In this document: one piece after another, positions 29,447 through 38,762 of the stretch | How positions within the stretch are numbered: position 1 is the first letter of the stretch | How the letters are laid out: every line of letters begins with the position of its first letter | Origin: Brevibacterium sandarakinum | Lineage (GTDB): Bacteria; Actinomycetota; Actinomycetes; Actinomycetales; Brevibacteriaceae | Reading direction: 5' to 3' | Length of the DNA stretch: 64,000 nucleotides | Assembly (NCBI RefSeq): GCF_030453725.1 | Contig: NZ_JAKDJU010000002.1 | Location: 324 to 64,323 of the forward strand | Program-made: the position numbers and the translations under genes | Notes under the pieces: model-generated | Seen by the model: the letters and a program-made list of their open reading frames with translations, nothing else | Databases searched by the model: none | What the model was told of the DNA's origin: nothing

Positions 29447-30643
29447 ATGCAGACCACAGCGAAGACAGCAGAAGACATCATCGGCATCGTGCCCCACACT
29501 CTCGGCTACATTCCACGTGAGAGTCTGGTGGCCATCATCGTGGGAACGGACGAGCACGGCGCCCAGACATGCGCCACGACGCTGCGCGTCGACTTCGACC
29601 TGGACACCGCGGCCCACATCGTGGCCGAGGGCGGTCGATGGTACAGCGACCTCATCGTCGGAGCGTGCGCGGCGACGGGAGTGTTCCTCGTCCTCTACGA
29701 CTCGGAATACCAGCGCGGCATCTCGGATGCACCCCTGCCTGCGGTCGGTGAACTCGACGACGAATACCCGCGAGTCCACAGAGAACTCATCCGAGCAGCG
29801 ATCGACGAGATCGCACTGTCGCTGGCAGACCGAGGCATCGACACGCTGAGTGCGTGGTGGGTCAGTGAGGAGCGATTCGGCCGCATCGACGAGGATGCAC
29901 AGATCAGCACCGTGATCGAAGCCGCCTCGACCTCAGCCTGTGCAACCGAACTGGTCGCAGCAGGTTCCTCTCCGGCCGCGTCACCGCAGGAGCTCGTGGT
30001 CAGGCCCGTATCGGCAGCCGAATTCACGACCAGCCGCAATGGCCACAGCGATTCCTGGCTGACCATCGCCGAGGCCTTCGACATCCTTGCCGACTGCTAC
30101 CCGCGGCTCGTTCGACTGCGGGAGGGGGAGGACGACCTTGACCGGGCCGCCATCTCGGAGCTGATGACACTGCAGACGGTCATGGCGATCGACGCCGTCT
30201 TGTGCGAGAAGTGGTCCCGAGACGCACTCGAGATGATTCTCAGCTTCGACCATCCGAATTTCGCGCCCACCGACATCGAAAGGTGCCGCCCCGGTCAGCT
30301 CTTCCTGCGCGCACGGAAGTTTGCGAAGTCACCGCGGGCCGCGCAGCACATGGTGGGACTCTCTCCCACTGCGCCTCGCCCCCGCGATGTTCAGTTGGGC
30401 ATCGAGTTCCTCAAGACCTACATACCATTGGGGCACCCCGATGTCCGCTCCACCGCATATGCTGTGGTCGCATGGTTCGAATGGTCGTTGGGAGGATCGA
30501 CGATGGCAGAGCATTATGCGCAGGCGGGGCTTGATCTCGACGCTGACAATTCGATGGCGACTCTGATCCTGGACGCGGTGGAACAGGGGTATCTTCCCCG
30601 GTGGCTGATGTCGGCGCGTCGCGGTCCCGGGGGAGGTCTATGA
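29447..30643 (+). CDS. DUF4192 family protein (function unknown)
   Basis: 398 aa. The N-terminus IIGIVPHTLGYIPRESLVAI is as I recall for DUF4192. Codon usage is consistent with coding. Confidence 0.55.
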   Translation: MQTTAKTAEDIIGIVPHTLGYIPRESLVAIIVGTDEHGAQTCATTLRVDFDLDTAAHIVAEGGRWYSDLIVGACAATGVFLVLYDSEYQRGISDAPLPAVGELDDEYPRVHRELIRAAIDEIALSLADRGIDTLSAWWVSEERFGRIDEDAQISTVIEAASTSACATELVAAGSSPAASPQELVVRPVSAAEFTTSRNGHSDSWLTIAEAFDILADCYPRLVRLREGEDDLDRAAISELMTLQTVMAIDAVLCEKWSRDALEMILSFDHPNFAPTDIERCRPGQLFLRARKFAKSPRAAQHMVGLSPTAPRPRDVQLGIEFLKTYIPLGHPDVRSTAYAVVAWFEWSLGGSTMAEHYAQAGLDLDADNSMATLILDAVEQGYLPRWLMSARRGPGGGL

Positions 30644-30868
30644 TGGTGTGGCGCCTCTCAACGAAGTGATCGGCGCAGTCCCGCGTCGCCGTCCGAGGCC
30701 CAATTCGCCAAGCCGGGAATATCGTGCGAAAATTGGGTGTTGACCCTGTCATAGCATCATGGGCGAACTATGTGTTCCCCTCGGGCCCGAACCTTGGACC
30801 TCTTGACATGGGTCTTAGTAATGTCCTGGTGCATTCGAGAAGTTTCAACGCTCGCGAAAGGTGAACAC

Positions 30869-32275
30869 GTGCCGAGAGTCGATAAGGAATCCACGACGGT
30901 GACGGAGAAGTCGGAGGGAACGGCCGCCAAGACCTCCACCGCAGGATCCAAGACCACTGCGGCGACGAAGGGAGCCAAGAAGACGACGAAGACATCGGCT
31001 TCAGCGACCGCTGCGGAGACCGGGGCCAAGAAGACTGCTGCGGCCAATAAGACGACGGCCGAAAAGGCCGCTCCGACGAAGTCGACGGCCGCCAAGGTGG
31101 CCAAGACCACCGGGGCGAAGAAGACGACGGCGAATTCGACCGAGGCCACAGGGACGAAGAAGAAGTCCGACGACGTGCTCGAGACGAGCGAACCGGTCGA
31201 GCCCGCAACAGACGCCCTCGGCACTGAGCAGAGTCCGGCCGAGGCGACCGAGACGAAGAACTCCGAGGAGAAGGAGAAGAACGCGGCCGTCACGGAGGCA
31301 GGCGGCTTCATCGTCTCCGATGCCGACGAGGAAGATGCTCCTGCACAGCAGGTCATCTCCGCGGGAGCCACCGCTGACCCCGTCAAGGACTACCTCAAGC
31401 AGATCGGCAAGGTCGCACTGCTGAATGCGGCCGAAGAGGTCGATCTGGCCAAACGCATCGAGGCCGGAATGTACGCCGAGCATCTGCTCGACGCCGGTGA
31501 CATCCCCGAACCGCGTGAGTCCATGGACTACAAGTGGATCGTCCACGACGGTCGAATCGCGAAGAACCACCTCCTCGAGGCGAACCTGCGCCTCGTCGTC
31601 TCGCTGGCCAAGCGCTATACCGGTCGCGGCATGCTCTTCCTCGACCTCATCCAGGAAGGCAACCTGGGTCTCATCCGTGCAGTCGAGAAGTTCGACTACA
31701 CGAAGGGCTTCAAATTCTCGACCTATGCCACCTGGTGGATCCGCCAGGCCATCACCCGTGCCATGGCCGATCAGGCTCGCACCATCCGGATTCCGGTGCA
31801 CATGGTCGAGGTCATCAACAAGCTTGCTCGAGTCCAGCGCCAGATGCTGCAGGACCTCGGACGCGAGCCCGCTCCGGAAGAGCTCGCCAAGGAACTCGAC
31901 ATGACTCCGGAGCGTGTCGTCGAAGTCCAGAAGTACGGGCGCGAACCCATCTCGCTGCACACGCCGCTCGGCGAAGACGGCGACTCGGAATTCGGTGACC
32001 TCATCGAAGATTCCGAAGCAGTCGTGCCATCGGACTCCGTCAGCTTCACTCTGCTGCAGGAACAGCTGCACTCGGTCCTCGACACTCTGTCGGAACGCGA
32101 AGCCGGTGTCGTGTCGATGCGCTTCGGACTCAACGACGGCCAGCCGAAGACCCTGGATGAGATCGGCAAGGTCTATGGAGTCACACGTGAGCGCATCCGT
32201 CAGATAGAGTCGAAGACCATGGCGAAGCTGCGCCACCCTTCGCGTTCACAGGTTCTGCGGGACTATCTGGACTGA
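30869..32275 (+). CDS. sigA: Principal RNA polymerase sigma factor (SigA/RpoD/HrdB type) with a Lys/Ala/Thr-rich N-terminal tail
   Basis: Regions 1.2-4 include [67 protein letters not shown] and the C-terminal [11 protein letters not shown] chose the GTG at 30869, which has an AAAGGTG RBS. The ORF-track start at 30770 is possible. Confidence 0.93.
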   Translation: MPRVDKESTTVTEKSEGTAAKTSTAGSKTTAATKGAKKTTKTSASATAAETGAKKTAAANKTTAEKAAPTKSTAAKVAKTTGAKKTTANSTEATGTKKKSDDVLETSEPVEPATDALGTEQSPAEATETKNSEEKEKNAAVTEAGGFIVSDADEEDAPAQQVISAGATADPVKDYLKQIGKVALLNAAEEVDLAKRIEAGMYAEHLLDAGDIPEPRESMDYKWIVHDGRIAKNHLLEANLRLVVSLAKRYTGRGMLFLDLIQEGNLGLIRAVEKFDYTKGFKFSTYATWWIRQAITRAMADQARTIRIPVHMVEVINKLARVQRQMLQDLGREPAPEELAKELDMTPERVVEVQKYGREPISLHTPLGEDGDSEFGDLIEDSEAVVPSDSVSFTLLQEQLHSVLDTLSEREAGVVSMRFGLNDGQPKTLDEIGKVYGVTRERIRQIESKTMAKLRHPSRSQVLRDYLD

Positions 32276-32320
32276 GGAATCTGCCGGTTGAGGCTGATCC
32301 CTGCTGCGGCATGAGCCCGG

Positions 32321-32374
32321 TGACCATGATCGCCTGCAGCCGCGAACTCTCGCGACTGCAGGCGACCATGGTCA
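32321..32374. terminator. Long hairpin between convergent sigA and the amidase gene (19+5 bp stem, two mismatches)
   Basis: TGACCATGATCGCCTGCAG..CGCGA-ACTC-TCGCG..CTGCAGGCGACCATGGTCA, read from the sequence. Confidence 0.55.
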
Positions 32375-32461
32375 TTGCGGCATCTCTGCCGGTTGAGCCG
32401 ATTCGCAGCCGCTCGGCCCCGGGACAGCAGGCTCTGGGACAGCCCGCCTTGGGCAGTCGGC

Positions 32462-33286
32462 TCAGTACCAGTCGACGATGCCCTGCATCAAGGCGTCGGC
32501 ATACTTCTGCTGACCGGCTTCCGATTCCATGGTCTTGGCCTCACCGGGATTGCGCATCTCACCGCATTCGACGATGACGGCAGGCACCGAAGCATTGTTG
32601 AGTCCGGCCAGATCGGGACGGCGACTGATCGCATTCTTCCCATAAGCTGTATTGGACGTGAAGGAATCAGCCATGGACCGGCTCATCTCATCGGCGAGAC
32701 GGTTCGAGTCGTCTTCGACCGCGTCCGAACTGCCCGGCTCAGCCACGATGACATGAAATCCCTCGGCCTGAGCCGATTCGCTGCCGTTGGCGTGAATGCT
32801 GACCATGAGATCGGCGTCGTCGGCAAAGGTGCCGCGTTCATCGACACAGGGGCCCACCCCTGTGTTGTCATCGCGACTCATGACCACCTCGGCGCCGGCG
32901 TCGTCGAGCTCCTGCTCCAACTTTTGGGCGACGCCCCAGTTGAAATCCGTCTCGGGATAGTCGGAGTTCGTTGACGTTCCCGTGGTGTTGCACGCTTTGG
33001 TGCCACCGCGCCCATCCGGCACCTGGCGGTTGATCTCCTTCGGGTGCGAGGCGTTGCCTCCATTGTGGCCGGGGTCGATGGCCACGGTCCGACCGCTGAG
33101 GTCGATGCCGGGCTCCGTCGTCGCGGTGTCCGGCGTGTCAGGGCTGGTCGGACTCGACATCGCCTCGGGCGCCATAGGTGTGGACGTGTCGGGTGTCGAC
33201 GGGGAGCTCGCACCGCACCCGGCGAGACCCGGAAGAGCGAGAGTCGCGCAGAGAAGAGGGGCCAGGACGCTGTGACGAGGAGACAT
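32462..33286 (-). CDS. N-acetylmuramoyl-L-alanine amidase (Amidase_3), predicted lipoprotein
   Basis: Lipobox LPGLAGC follows MSPRHSVLAPLLCATLA. Amidase_3 motifs IDPGHNGGN and VSIHANG. I prefer the ATG at 33286; the ORF-track start at 33355 lies inside a hairpin-forming leader. Confidence 0.8.
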   Translation of the reverse strand: MSPRHSVLAPLLCATLALPGLAGCGASSPSTPDTSTPMAPEAMSSPTSPDTPDTATTEPGIDLSGRTVAIDPGHNGGNASHPKEINRQVPDGRGGTKACNTTGTSTNSDYPETDFNWGVAQKLEQELDDAGAEVVMSRDDNTGVGPCVDERGTFADDADLMVSIHANGSESAQAEGFHVIVAEPGSSDAVEDDSNRLADEMSRSMADSFTSNTAYGKNAISRRPDLAGLNNASVPAVIVECGEMRNPGEAKTMESEAGQQKYADALMQGIVDWY

Positions 33287-33414
33287 ACTGCCATTGTTCC
33301 AGCAATAATGCCGTGAACCGGGACGTTTCGGCCGAATCGAAACGAGACACGGCACCCAATGGCAGAGACAGAGCCGGCCGAGGGATTAGAATTTAATCGA
33401 ACGAGAGGAAACGT

Positions 33415-35526
33415 GTGGAAGAGGAAAGTTACGGCGCCAGGCATCTGTCCGTGCTGTCGGGGCTCGAAGCGGTTCGCAAACGTCCGGGCATGTACATCGG
33501 GACCACTGATTCCCGAGGGCTGATGCACTGTCTCTGGGAGATCATCGACAATGCCGTCGACGAGGCTCTGGGCGGCTTCGGCACGTCCATCCTCATCGAA
33601 CTCGAACCCGACGGCTCGGTGGCCGTCTCCGACAGTGGCCGAGGCATCCCCGTGGACATTGAGCCGAAGACGGGGCTGACCGGCGTCGAGGTGGTCCTGA
33701 CCAAGCTTCATGCCGGCGGCAAGTTCGGCGGCAGCTCCTATGCCGCGTCCGGCGGTCTGCACGGAGTCGGCGCCTCGGTCGTCAACGCGCTCTCCGCTCG
33801 GCTCGATGTCGAAGTCACACGTGGGTCGAAAGTCCACAAGATGTCCTTCCGCCGAGGCGTGCCGGGGCGCTTCGACGATTCCTCCGGCAAGCCCGGCCCC
33901 GACAACCCGTTCGAGGAATTCCACGAGCCGACGGGACTCGACATCGTCCGCAAGGCGAAGAGGGGAGTCACTGGCACCCGTGTCCAGTACTGGGCCGACC
34001 CTCAGATCTTCCTGTCCAAGGCCCAGTTCGACTATCAGCATCTCGTCGAGCGCGCACGGCAGACCGCGTTCCTGGTTCCCGGACTTGAGCTGCGGATCGA
34101 AGACCGCCGCGGAGTGGCCCGTGACGAGACCGGAGAGGTCATCGCCGAGCGCGTCGAGGTCTTCCGCTTCGACGGCGGCATCACCGAGTTCGTCGACCAT
34201 CTGTCGATCGATCCGCCGATGACGGATACGTGGCGTCTGCAGAACTCAGGGAAGTTCAGTGAGACCGTCCCGGTACTCGACTCCTCGGGTCATCTGGTCT
34301 CGAAAGAGGTCGAGCGCGAGGTCGGCGTTGACATCGCCCTGCGCTGGGGGACCGGCTACGACACGAAGGTCAAGTCCTTCGTCAACGTCGTGTCCACACC
34401 GCACGGCGGAACCCACCTGGCCGGCTTCGAACAGGCCAGCCTGAAAGCGATGCGCAAGGCCGTCGAAGCCAATGCCCGCAAACTCAAGTTGGGCAAGGAC
34501 AAGCTCGAGAAGGACGACGTGCTGGCCGGTCTGACCGCTGTGGTGACGGTGCAGTTGTCCGAGCCCCAGTTCGAAGGACAGACCAAAGAGGTCCTGGGTA
34601 CGGCCGCAGTCAAGCAGATTGTGGCGAAAACGGTCGAGAAGCAGCTGGGTGACATCCTGTCCTCGACCAAACGCGCAGAGAAGCAGCAAGCAGCCGTTCT
34701 CATGGAGAAGGTCGTTGCAGAACTCAAGTCACGTATCTCGGCGCGCACCCACAAAGAGAACCAGCGTCGCAAAACGGCTCTTGAGGCATCGTCCCTGCCG
34801 GCGAAGCTCTACGACTGCCGTGACAACGGGGTGGAGGACACAGAGCTGTTCATCGTCGAGGGCGATTCCGCAATGGGTACGGCGAAATCTGCGCGCAACT
34901 CCGACCATCAGGCGCTGTTTCCGATCCGCGGCAAGATCCTCAACGTGCAGAAGGCATCGTTGTCCGACATGTTGGCCAATGTCGAATGTGCTGCACTGAT
35001 CCAAGTCATCGGGGCCGGCTCCGGCCGCAGCTTCGACATGGACGCGGCTCGTTACGGGCGTGCCATCATCATGACCGATGCAGACGTTGACGGTGCCCAC
35101 ATCCGCACCTTGCTGCTGACTCTCTTCTTCCGCTACATGAAGCCGTTGGTCGAGCAGGGCCGGGTGTTCGCGGCCGTGCCGCCCCTGCACCGTGTGGAAG
35201 TCGTCACGAAGCGGGGAACGCCGAACGACGTCGTCTACACCTACTCCGAGGCTGAGCTGCACACGCTGCTGAAGAAGCTGGAGAAGTCGAAGAAGACGTA
35301 CAAGGAGCCCATTCAGCGGTACAAGGGGCTCGGCGAGATGGACGCCGACCAATTGGCGGAGACGACGATGGATCCCAGCATGCGCACCCTGCGCCGGGTC
35401 ACGATGGCCGACGCCGAGGCGGCAGAGAACACCTTCGAGCTCCTGATGGGGTCTTCTGTCGGTCCGCGAAAGGAATTCATCGTCTCAGGCGCCGCTGTTC
35501 TCGACGCCGAGCGCATCGACAGCTGA
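33415..35526 (+). CDS. parE: Type IIA DNA topoisomerase subunit B (ParE/GyrB-like)
   Basis: 703 aa with a GTG start. GHKL ATPase motifs (LEAVRKRPGMYIG, EIIDNAVDEA, GGLHGVGASVVNALS) and Toprim motifs (EGDSAMGTAK, IMTDADVDGAHI). The ParE versus second-GyrB assignment is inferred only from its location near sigA. Confidence 0.8.
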   Translation: MEEESYGARHLSVLSGLEAVRKRPGMYIGTTDSRGLMHCLWEIIDNAVDEALGGFGTSILIELEPDGSVAVSDSGRGIPVDIEPKTGLTGVEVVLTKLHAGGKFGGSSYAASGGLHGVGASVVNALSARLDVEVTRGSKVHKMSFRRGVPGRFDDSSGKPGPDNPFEEFHEPTGLDIVRKAKRGVTGTRVQYWADPQIFLSKAQFDYQHLVERARQTAFLVPGLELRIEDRRGVARDETGEVIAERVEVFRFDGGITEFVDHLSIDPPMTDTWRLQNSGKFSETVPVLDSSGHLVSKEVEREVGVDIALRWGTGYDTKVKSFVNVVSTPHGGTHLAGFEQASLKAMRKAVEANARKLKLGKDKLEKDDVLAGLTAVVTVQLSEPQFEGQTKEVLGTAAVKQIVAKTVEKQLGDILSSTKRAEKQQAAVLMEKVVAELKSRISARTHKENQRRKTALEASSLPAKLYDCRDNGVEDTELFIVEGDSAMGTAKSARNSDHQALFPIRGKILNVQKASLSDMLANVECAALIQVIGAGSGRSFDMDAARYGRAIIMTDADVDGAHIRTLLLTLFFRYMKPLVEQGRVFAAVPPLHRVEVVTKRGTPNDVVYTYSEAELHTLLKKLEKSKKTYKEPIQRYKGLGEMDADQLAETTMDPSMRTLRRVTMADAEAAENTFELLMGSSVGPRKEFIVSGAAVLDAERIDS

Positions 35527-35583
35527 GTCGGGTTCCGCAGACGGTGTGTTCCCGTGGGGCAGAACCAAGTATGTTCCGGTGGG

Positions 35584-36477
35584 TCAGAACGCGGACGCCA
35601 CGGGGGCGAACAGAAGCAGGCTGGGCACGAGCAGCAGACCCAGCGCAATGAGGGTCGAGGTCACGCGCACCGGCACCCGTGCAGGACTCAGGGGCCGTGA
35701 GAGACGGTCGATCCGCTGGGTAGAGAGATCGCTGCGATGCTCAGGGCTGATGTCTGCGGCTGCGCGCACCGCCTGCGCCAGAATCGCCGGGTCGACCTGC
35801 TCTCGCGTCTGATCGTCGGCCATGAGTTCAATCTGGCCATTGACGGAGTTGAGGCCGATCGCCGTTGCTGAGAAGAACGGCAGGGCGCGGTGCCACGCAG
35901 CGAATGGGATCACGAGCACGTCGTGGCGGAAATCGAGATGGGCTCTCTCATGGGCGATGACGGCAGTGCGTTCGTCCTCACTGAGAACTTCGAGCAGACC
36001 CGTTGAGAGGACCGCAGTGCCTTTGCGCGGCCCCTGCGGCAGACAATAGGCCACGGCCTCGTCGGTTGTGATGATCCGTGTATCCGTGTAGGTCGCGGAT
36101 GGTTCGCTGAGCAGATGCAGGATCTCGTCATGGCGAATGCGGGTTCTGCGAGCGGAATAGAAGGTCAGGGCGAGACACCCGAGCAGCCGTCCGATGAGTG
36201 CGACTGCGATGATGAGAAAGATCCAGGCGAAGACGGTCAGCTGAGCGTGCGACTGGCCTCTGGCGAGCCGCCAGAGGCCCTCAGGCAGGCTGTTCGCGGC
36301 CGGAGCCACAGCGAATGCCAGCGCTGTGCCGATGAGGGAGAGACCGCCGGAGAGGCCGACGGCCTGCCACAGAATGACGTTCGAGATGGGGTCTCCCCGA
36401 AACCGGGAGAGCACGGCAGGAACCGGCCAGGCTAAGAGGAATGCAAGTACAGCGAGGACGGATCCCACGATGCTCAT
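35584..36477 (-). CDS. M56 (BlaR1-like) membrane metallopeptidase without an extracellular penicillin-sensor domain
   Basis: 297 aa with multiple TM helices. HExxH motif in AHERAHLDFRHD. It lies immediately downstream of a BlaI-family repressor gene, with an 18-nt gap. Confidence 0.75.
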   Translation of the reverse strand: MSIVGSVLAVLAFLLAWPVPAVLSRFRGDPISNVILWQAVGLSGGLSLIGTALAFAVAPAANSLPEGLWRLARGQSHAQLTVFAWIFLIIAVALIGRLLGCLALTFYSARRTRIRHDEILHLLSEPSATYTDTRIITTDEAVAYCLPQGPRKGTAVLSTGLLEVLSEDERTAVIAHERAHLDFRHDVLVIPFAAWHRALPFFSATAIGLNSVNGQIELMADDQTREQVDPAILAQAVRAAADISPEHRSDLSTQRIDRLSRPLSPARVPVRVTSTLIALGLLLVPSLLLFAPVASAF

Positions 36478-36495
36478 GCTCGGGAATTACCTGCT

Positions 36496-36858
36496 TCAGG
36501 AGTTGGTCGAGTGATTGCGTCCCAGAATATTACGCAGGGCCTTCGTATCGGCTTCCGACACGGTACCGAGGAATCGGGCAAGAACGGCCTGGCGATCCGG
36601 AGCTTGTGACAGGACTTCCGTCATCAGCTCTGCGACGTGGTCTTCGCGGGTTGAGACCGCGAGGTAGCGGTGCGGGCGGATGCTGCGATCGCGAGAGACG
36701 AAGCCCTTCTTCTCCAGCCGGGTGAGGACCGTGTGGATGGTGGTCAGCGCGAGGTCGCGTGACGCCAGTACGTCGCGGAGCTCGGCTGCACTCAACCCGT
36801 CATCATGTACCCAGATGGCGTCCATGACGCTGCGTTCGAGTTCGCCCAGAGTTCCCAC
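36496..36858 (-). CDS. BlaI/MecI/CopY family winged-helix transcriptional repressor
   Basis: 120 aa. LGELERSVMDAIW...SAAELRDVL...ALTTIHTVLTRLEKKGFV is the typical family signature. Confidence 0.85.
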   Translation of the reverse strand: MGTLGELERSVMDAIWVHDDGLSAAELRDVLASRDLALTTIHTVLTRLEKKGFVSRDRSIRPHRYLAVSTREDHVAELMTEVLSQAPDRQAVLARFLGTVSEADTKALRNILGRNHSTNS

Positions 36859-36908
36859 GGTGTCCTTGTCCTTCGACGAAATAGTGCTTCTTTCCTCATC
36901 AGTCTAAC

Positions 36909-36924
36909 TCTACAAGCTGTCGAA
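36909..36924. promoter_or_regulatory. Degenerate palindrome TCTAC-AAGCT-GTCGA upstream of the blaI-family gene (candidate autoregulatory operator)
   Basis: One mismatch to the TCTAC-N5-GTAGA core seen twice at cydA. It lies about 50-65 nt upstream of the repressor start. Confidence 0.35.
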
Positions 36925-37117
36925 TTCCATGTGAGCTCGACCGGAGTCGGCTCGGCCGCTACCACCTGCCCCCTGTGCGCACGATTCGGCCCCGCGTGGG
37001 TCCACTTCGGCTAGGCACCTCGTCCGCCCGTGTCTGCGGAGGCGGGTGAGCGCAGACGGGCAGAGGTGCGCGGTCTGGGACGGCGGGTCTCGGATGGCGA
37101 AACTATGCGGCATATGC

Positions 37118-37151
37118 TTCTACGCGCTGTAGAATTCTACGTGTCGTAGAA
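37118..37151. promoter_or_regulatory. Two abutting perfect 17-bp palindromes TTCTAC-N5-GTAGAA at the cydA promoter (candidate BlaI-family operators)
   Basis: TTCTACGCGCTGTAGAA (37118-37134) and TTCTACGTGTCGTAGAA (37135-37151), ending 12 nt before the cydA ATG. Each contains a -10-like TAGAAT or TAGAAA hexamer. Confidence 0.6.
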
Positions 37152-37163
37152 ATAAGGTCTTCC

Positions 37164-38750
37164 ATGAACGGAGTACCCATGGACCTGGATCCGGTTCTCA
37201 TCGGGCGCTGGCAATTCGGCATCACCACCGTCTATCACTTCTGGATGGTCCCGCTCACCCTTGGCCTCGGGATGCTCGTCGCGATCCTGCAGACGATGTA
37301 CCACCGCACGGGCAACGAGATCTACCTGCGCAGCACCAAGTTCTTCGGGAAGCTCTTCCTCATCAACTTCATCATGGGCGTGGCGACCGGCCTTGTCCAG
37401 GAATTCCAATTCGGTATGGCCTGGAGTGAATACTCCCGCTTCGTCGGGGACGTCTTCGGCGCGCCCCTGGCGCTGGAGGCTCTGCTCGCGTTCTTCCTCG
37501 AATCCACGTTTCTGGGGCTCTGGATCTTCGGCTGGGGCAGACTCCCGCGTGCAGTCCACCTGGGCAGCCTGTGGTGCGCTGTGATCGGGTCGTGGATCTC
37601 CGCCTATTTCATCATTGTCGCGAACTCGTGGATGCAGCATCCGGTCGGTGTCGAAATGGTCGACGGCAGGCCGGTGATGACCGATGTCTGGGCGGTGCTG
37701 ACGAACAACACGGCGATCGCTGCCTACACTCACGCGCTGTGCGGCGCGTTGGCGGTCGGCGGTGCCTTCCTGCTCGGAATCTCCTGGTATCACCTGTACC
37801 GCCGACGCAAGGACGGTATCGACACCATCGGACCCGATGGGAAGGTCGTCGTCGGGTCCGCACCCGATGTGCCCGGCAGGGATGCCCTTGATCATCAGGT
37901 CTGGATCCGGTCCCTGCGCATCGGTGCGGTCGTCGGCATCGTCGCCTTCGCCGGTGTGGCGATCACCGGTGACGTCCAGTCCAAGCTCATGTTCGAACAG
38001 CAGCCTATGAAGATGGCCTCGGCCGAAGCCGCCTGCCACGACGGCACCGAGTTCTCGGTGCTCACGATCGGAGATCCCTCGTCCAACGACTGCGACGGGG
38101 TGGAGAACGTGTTCGAGATCCCGGGGCTGCTCTCCTTCCTCGCCAACGGTGACTTCAACACTCCGGTCCACGGAGTGACGACTCTGCTTCCTGACTACCA
38201 GGAGAAGTACGGCACCCATCTGCCCGAGGACGAACGCTACGGCCAGCACTCCGGCGAGAAGATCGACTACCAGCCCATCATGATCGTCACCTACTGGGGG
38301 TTTCGGCTCATGATCGGATTCGGCATGATCGCAGCGGGAGTCAGCGCTCTGGCGCTGTGGCTGACCCGCAAGGGCACCGTCCCCGCCTCGGCCTGGCTGA
38401 TGCGCGGGGCGGTCCTGTCCATCACGGCACCATTCATCGCGAACTCCGCCGGCTGGATCTTCACGGAGATGGGACGTCAGCCGTTCGTGGTCGCGCCGAA
38501 TCCCGCACGACAGGACGGAGTGTACATGTTCACCCAGGCGGCGCTCTCGCCCGAACTCACCCCGGGAATGCTCCTGTTCTCACTGATCAGTCTCAGCCTC
38601 GTCTACGGCATTCTCATGGTCGTCGAGCTGCGGCTGCTCATCGTCTACATCAGGGGAGGGGTCGCCTCGGCGATGCCTGAGGTCACCAAGATCAACCACA
38701 CCCCGCGGATCACGAACGACGAAGACGACGTTCTGTCGTTCGCGTACTGA
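37164..38750 (+). CDS. cydA: Cytochrome bd ubiquinol/menaquinol oxidase subunit I
   Basis: 528 aa. Motifs RWQFGITTVYHFWMVPLT, GLVQEFQFGMAWS and ESTFLGLWIFGW, plus a Q-loop. The start may be the ATG at 37179. Confidence 0.95.
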   Translation: MNGVPMDLDPVLIGRWQFGITTVYHFWMVPLTLGLGMLVAILQTMYHRTGNEIYLRSTKFFGKLFLINFIMGVATGLVQEFQFGMAWSEYSRFVGDVFGAPLALEALLAFFLESTFLGLWIFGWGRLPRAVHLGSLWCAVIGSWISAYFIIVANSWMQHPVGVEMVDGRPVMTDVWAVLTNNTAIAAYTHALCGALAVGGAFLLGISWYHLYRRRKDGIDTIGPDGKVVVGSAPDVPGRDALDHQVWIRSLRIGAVVGIVAFAGVAITGDVQSKLMFEQQPMKMASAEAACHDGTEFSVLTIGDPSSNDCDGVENVFEIPGLLSFLANGDFNTPVHGVTTLLPDYQEKYGTHLPEDERYGQHSGEKIDYQPIMIVTYWGFRLMIGFGMIAAGVSALALWLTRKGTVPASAWLMRGAVLSITAPFIANSAGWIFTEMGRQPFVVAPNPARQDGVYMFTQAALSPELTPGMLLFSLISLSLVYGILMVVELRLLIVYIRGGVASAMPEVTKINHTPRITNDEDDVLSFAY

Positions 38751-38762
38751 GGAGGAGACACG

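Noticed and set aside
32275-32286. A shared 12-mer, GAGGAATCTGCC, just after the sigA stop (32275-32286) and just after the dxs stop (59283-59294).
   Set aside because: By rough estimate, exact 12-nt matches are expected many times by chance in 64 kb, and nothing else around the two sites aligns.
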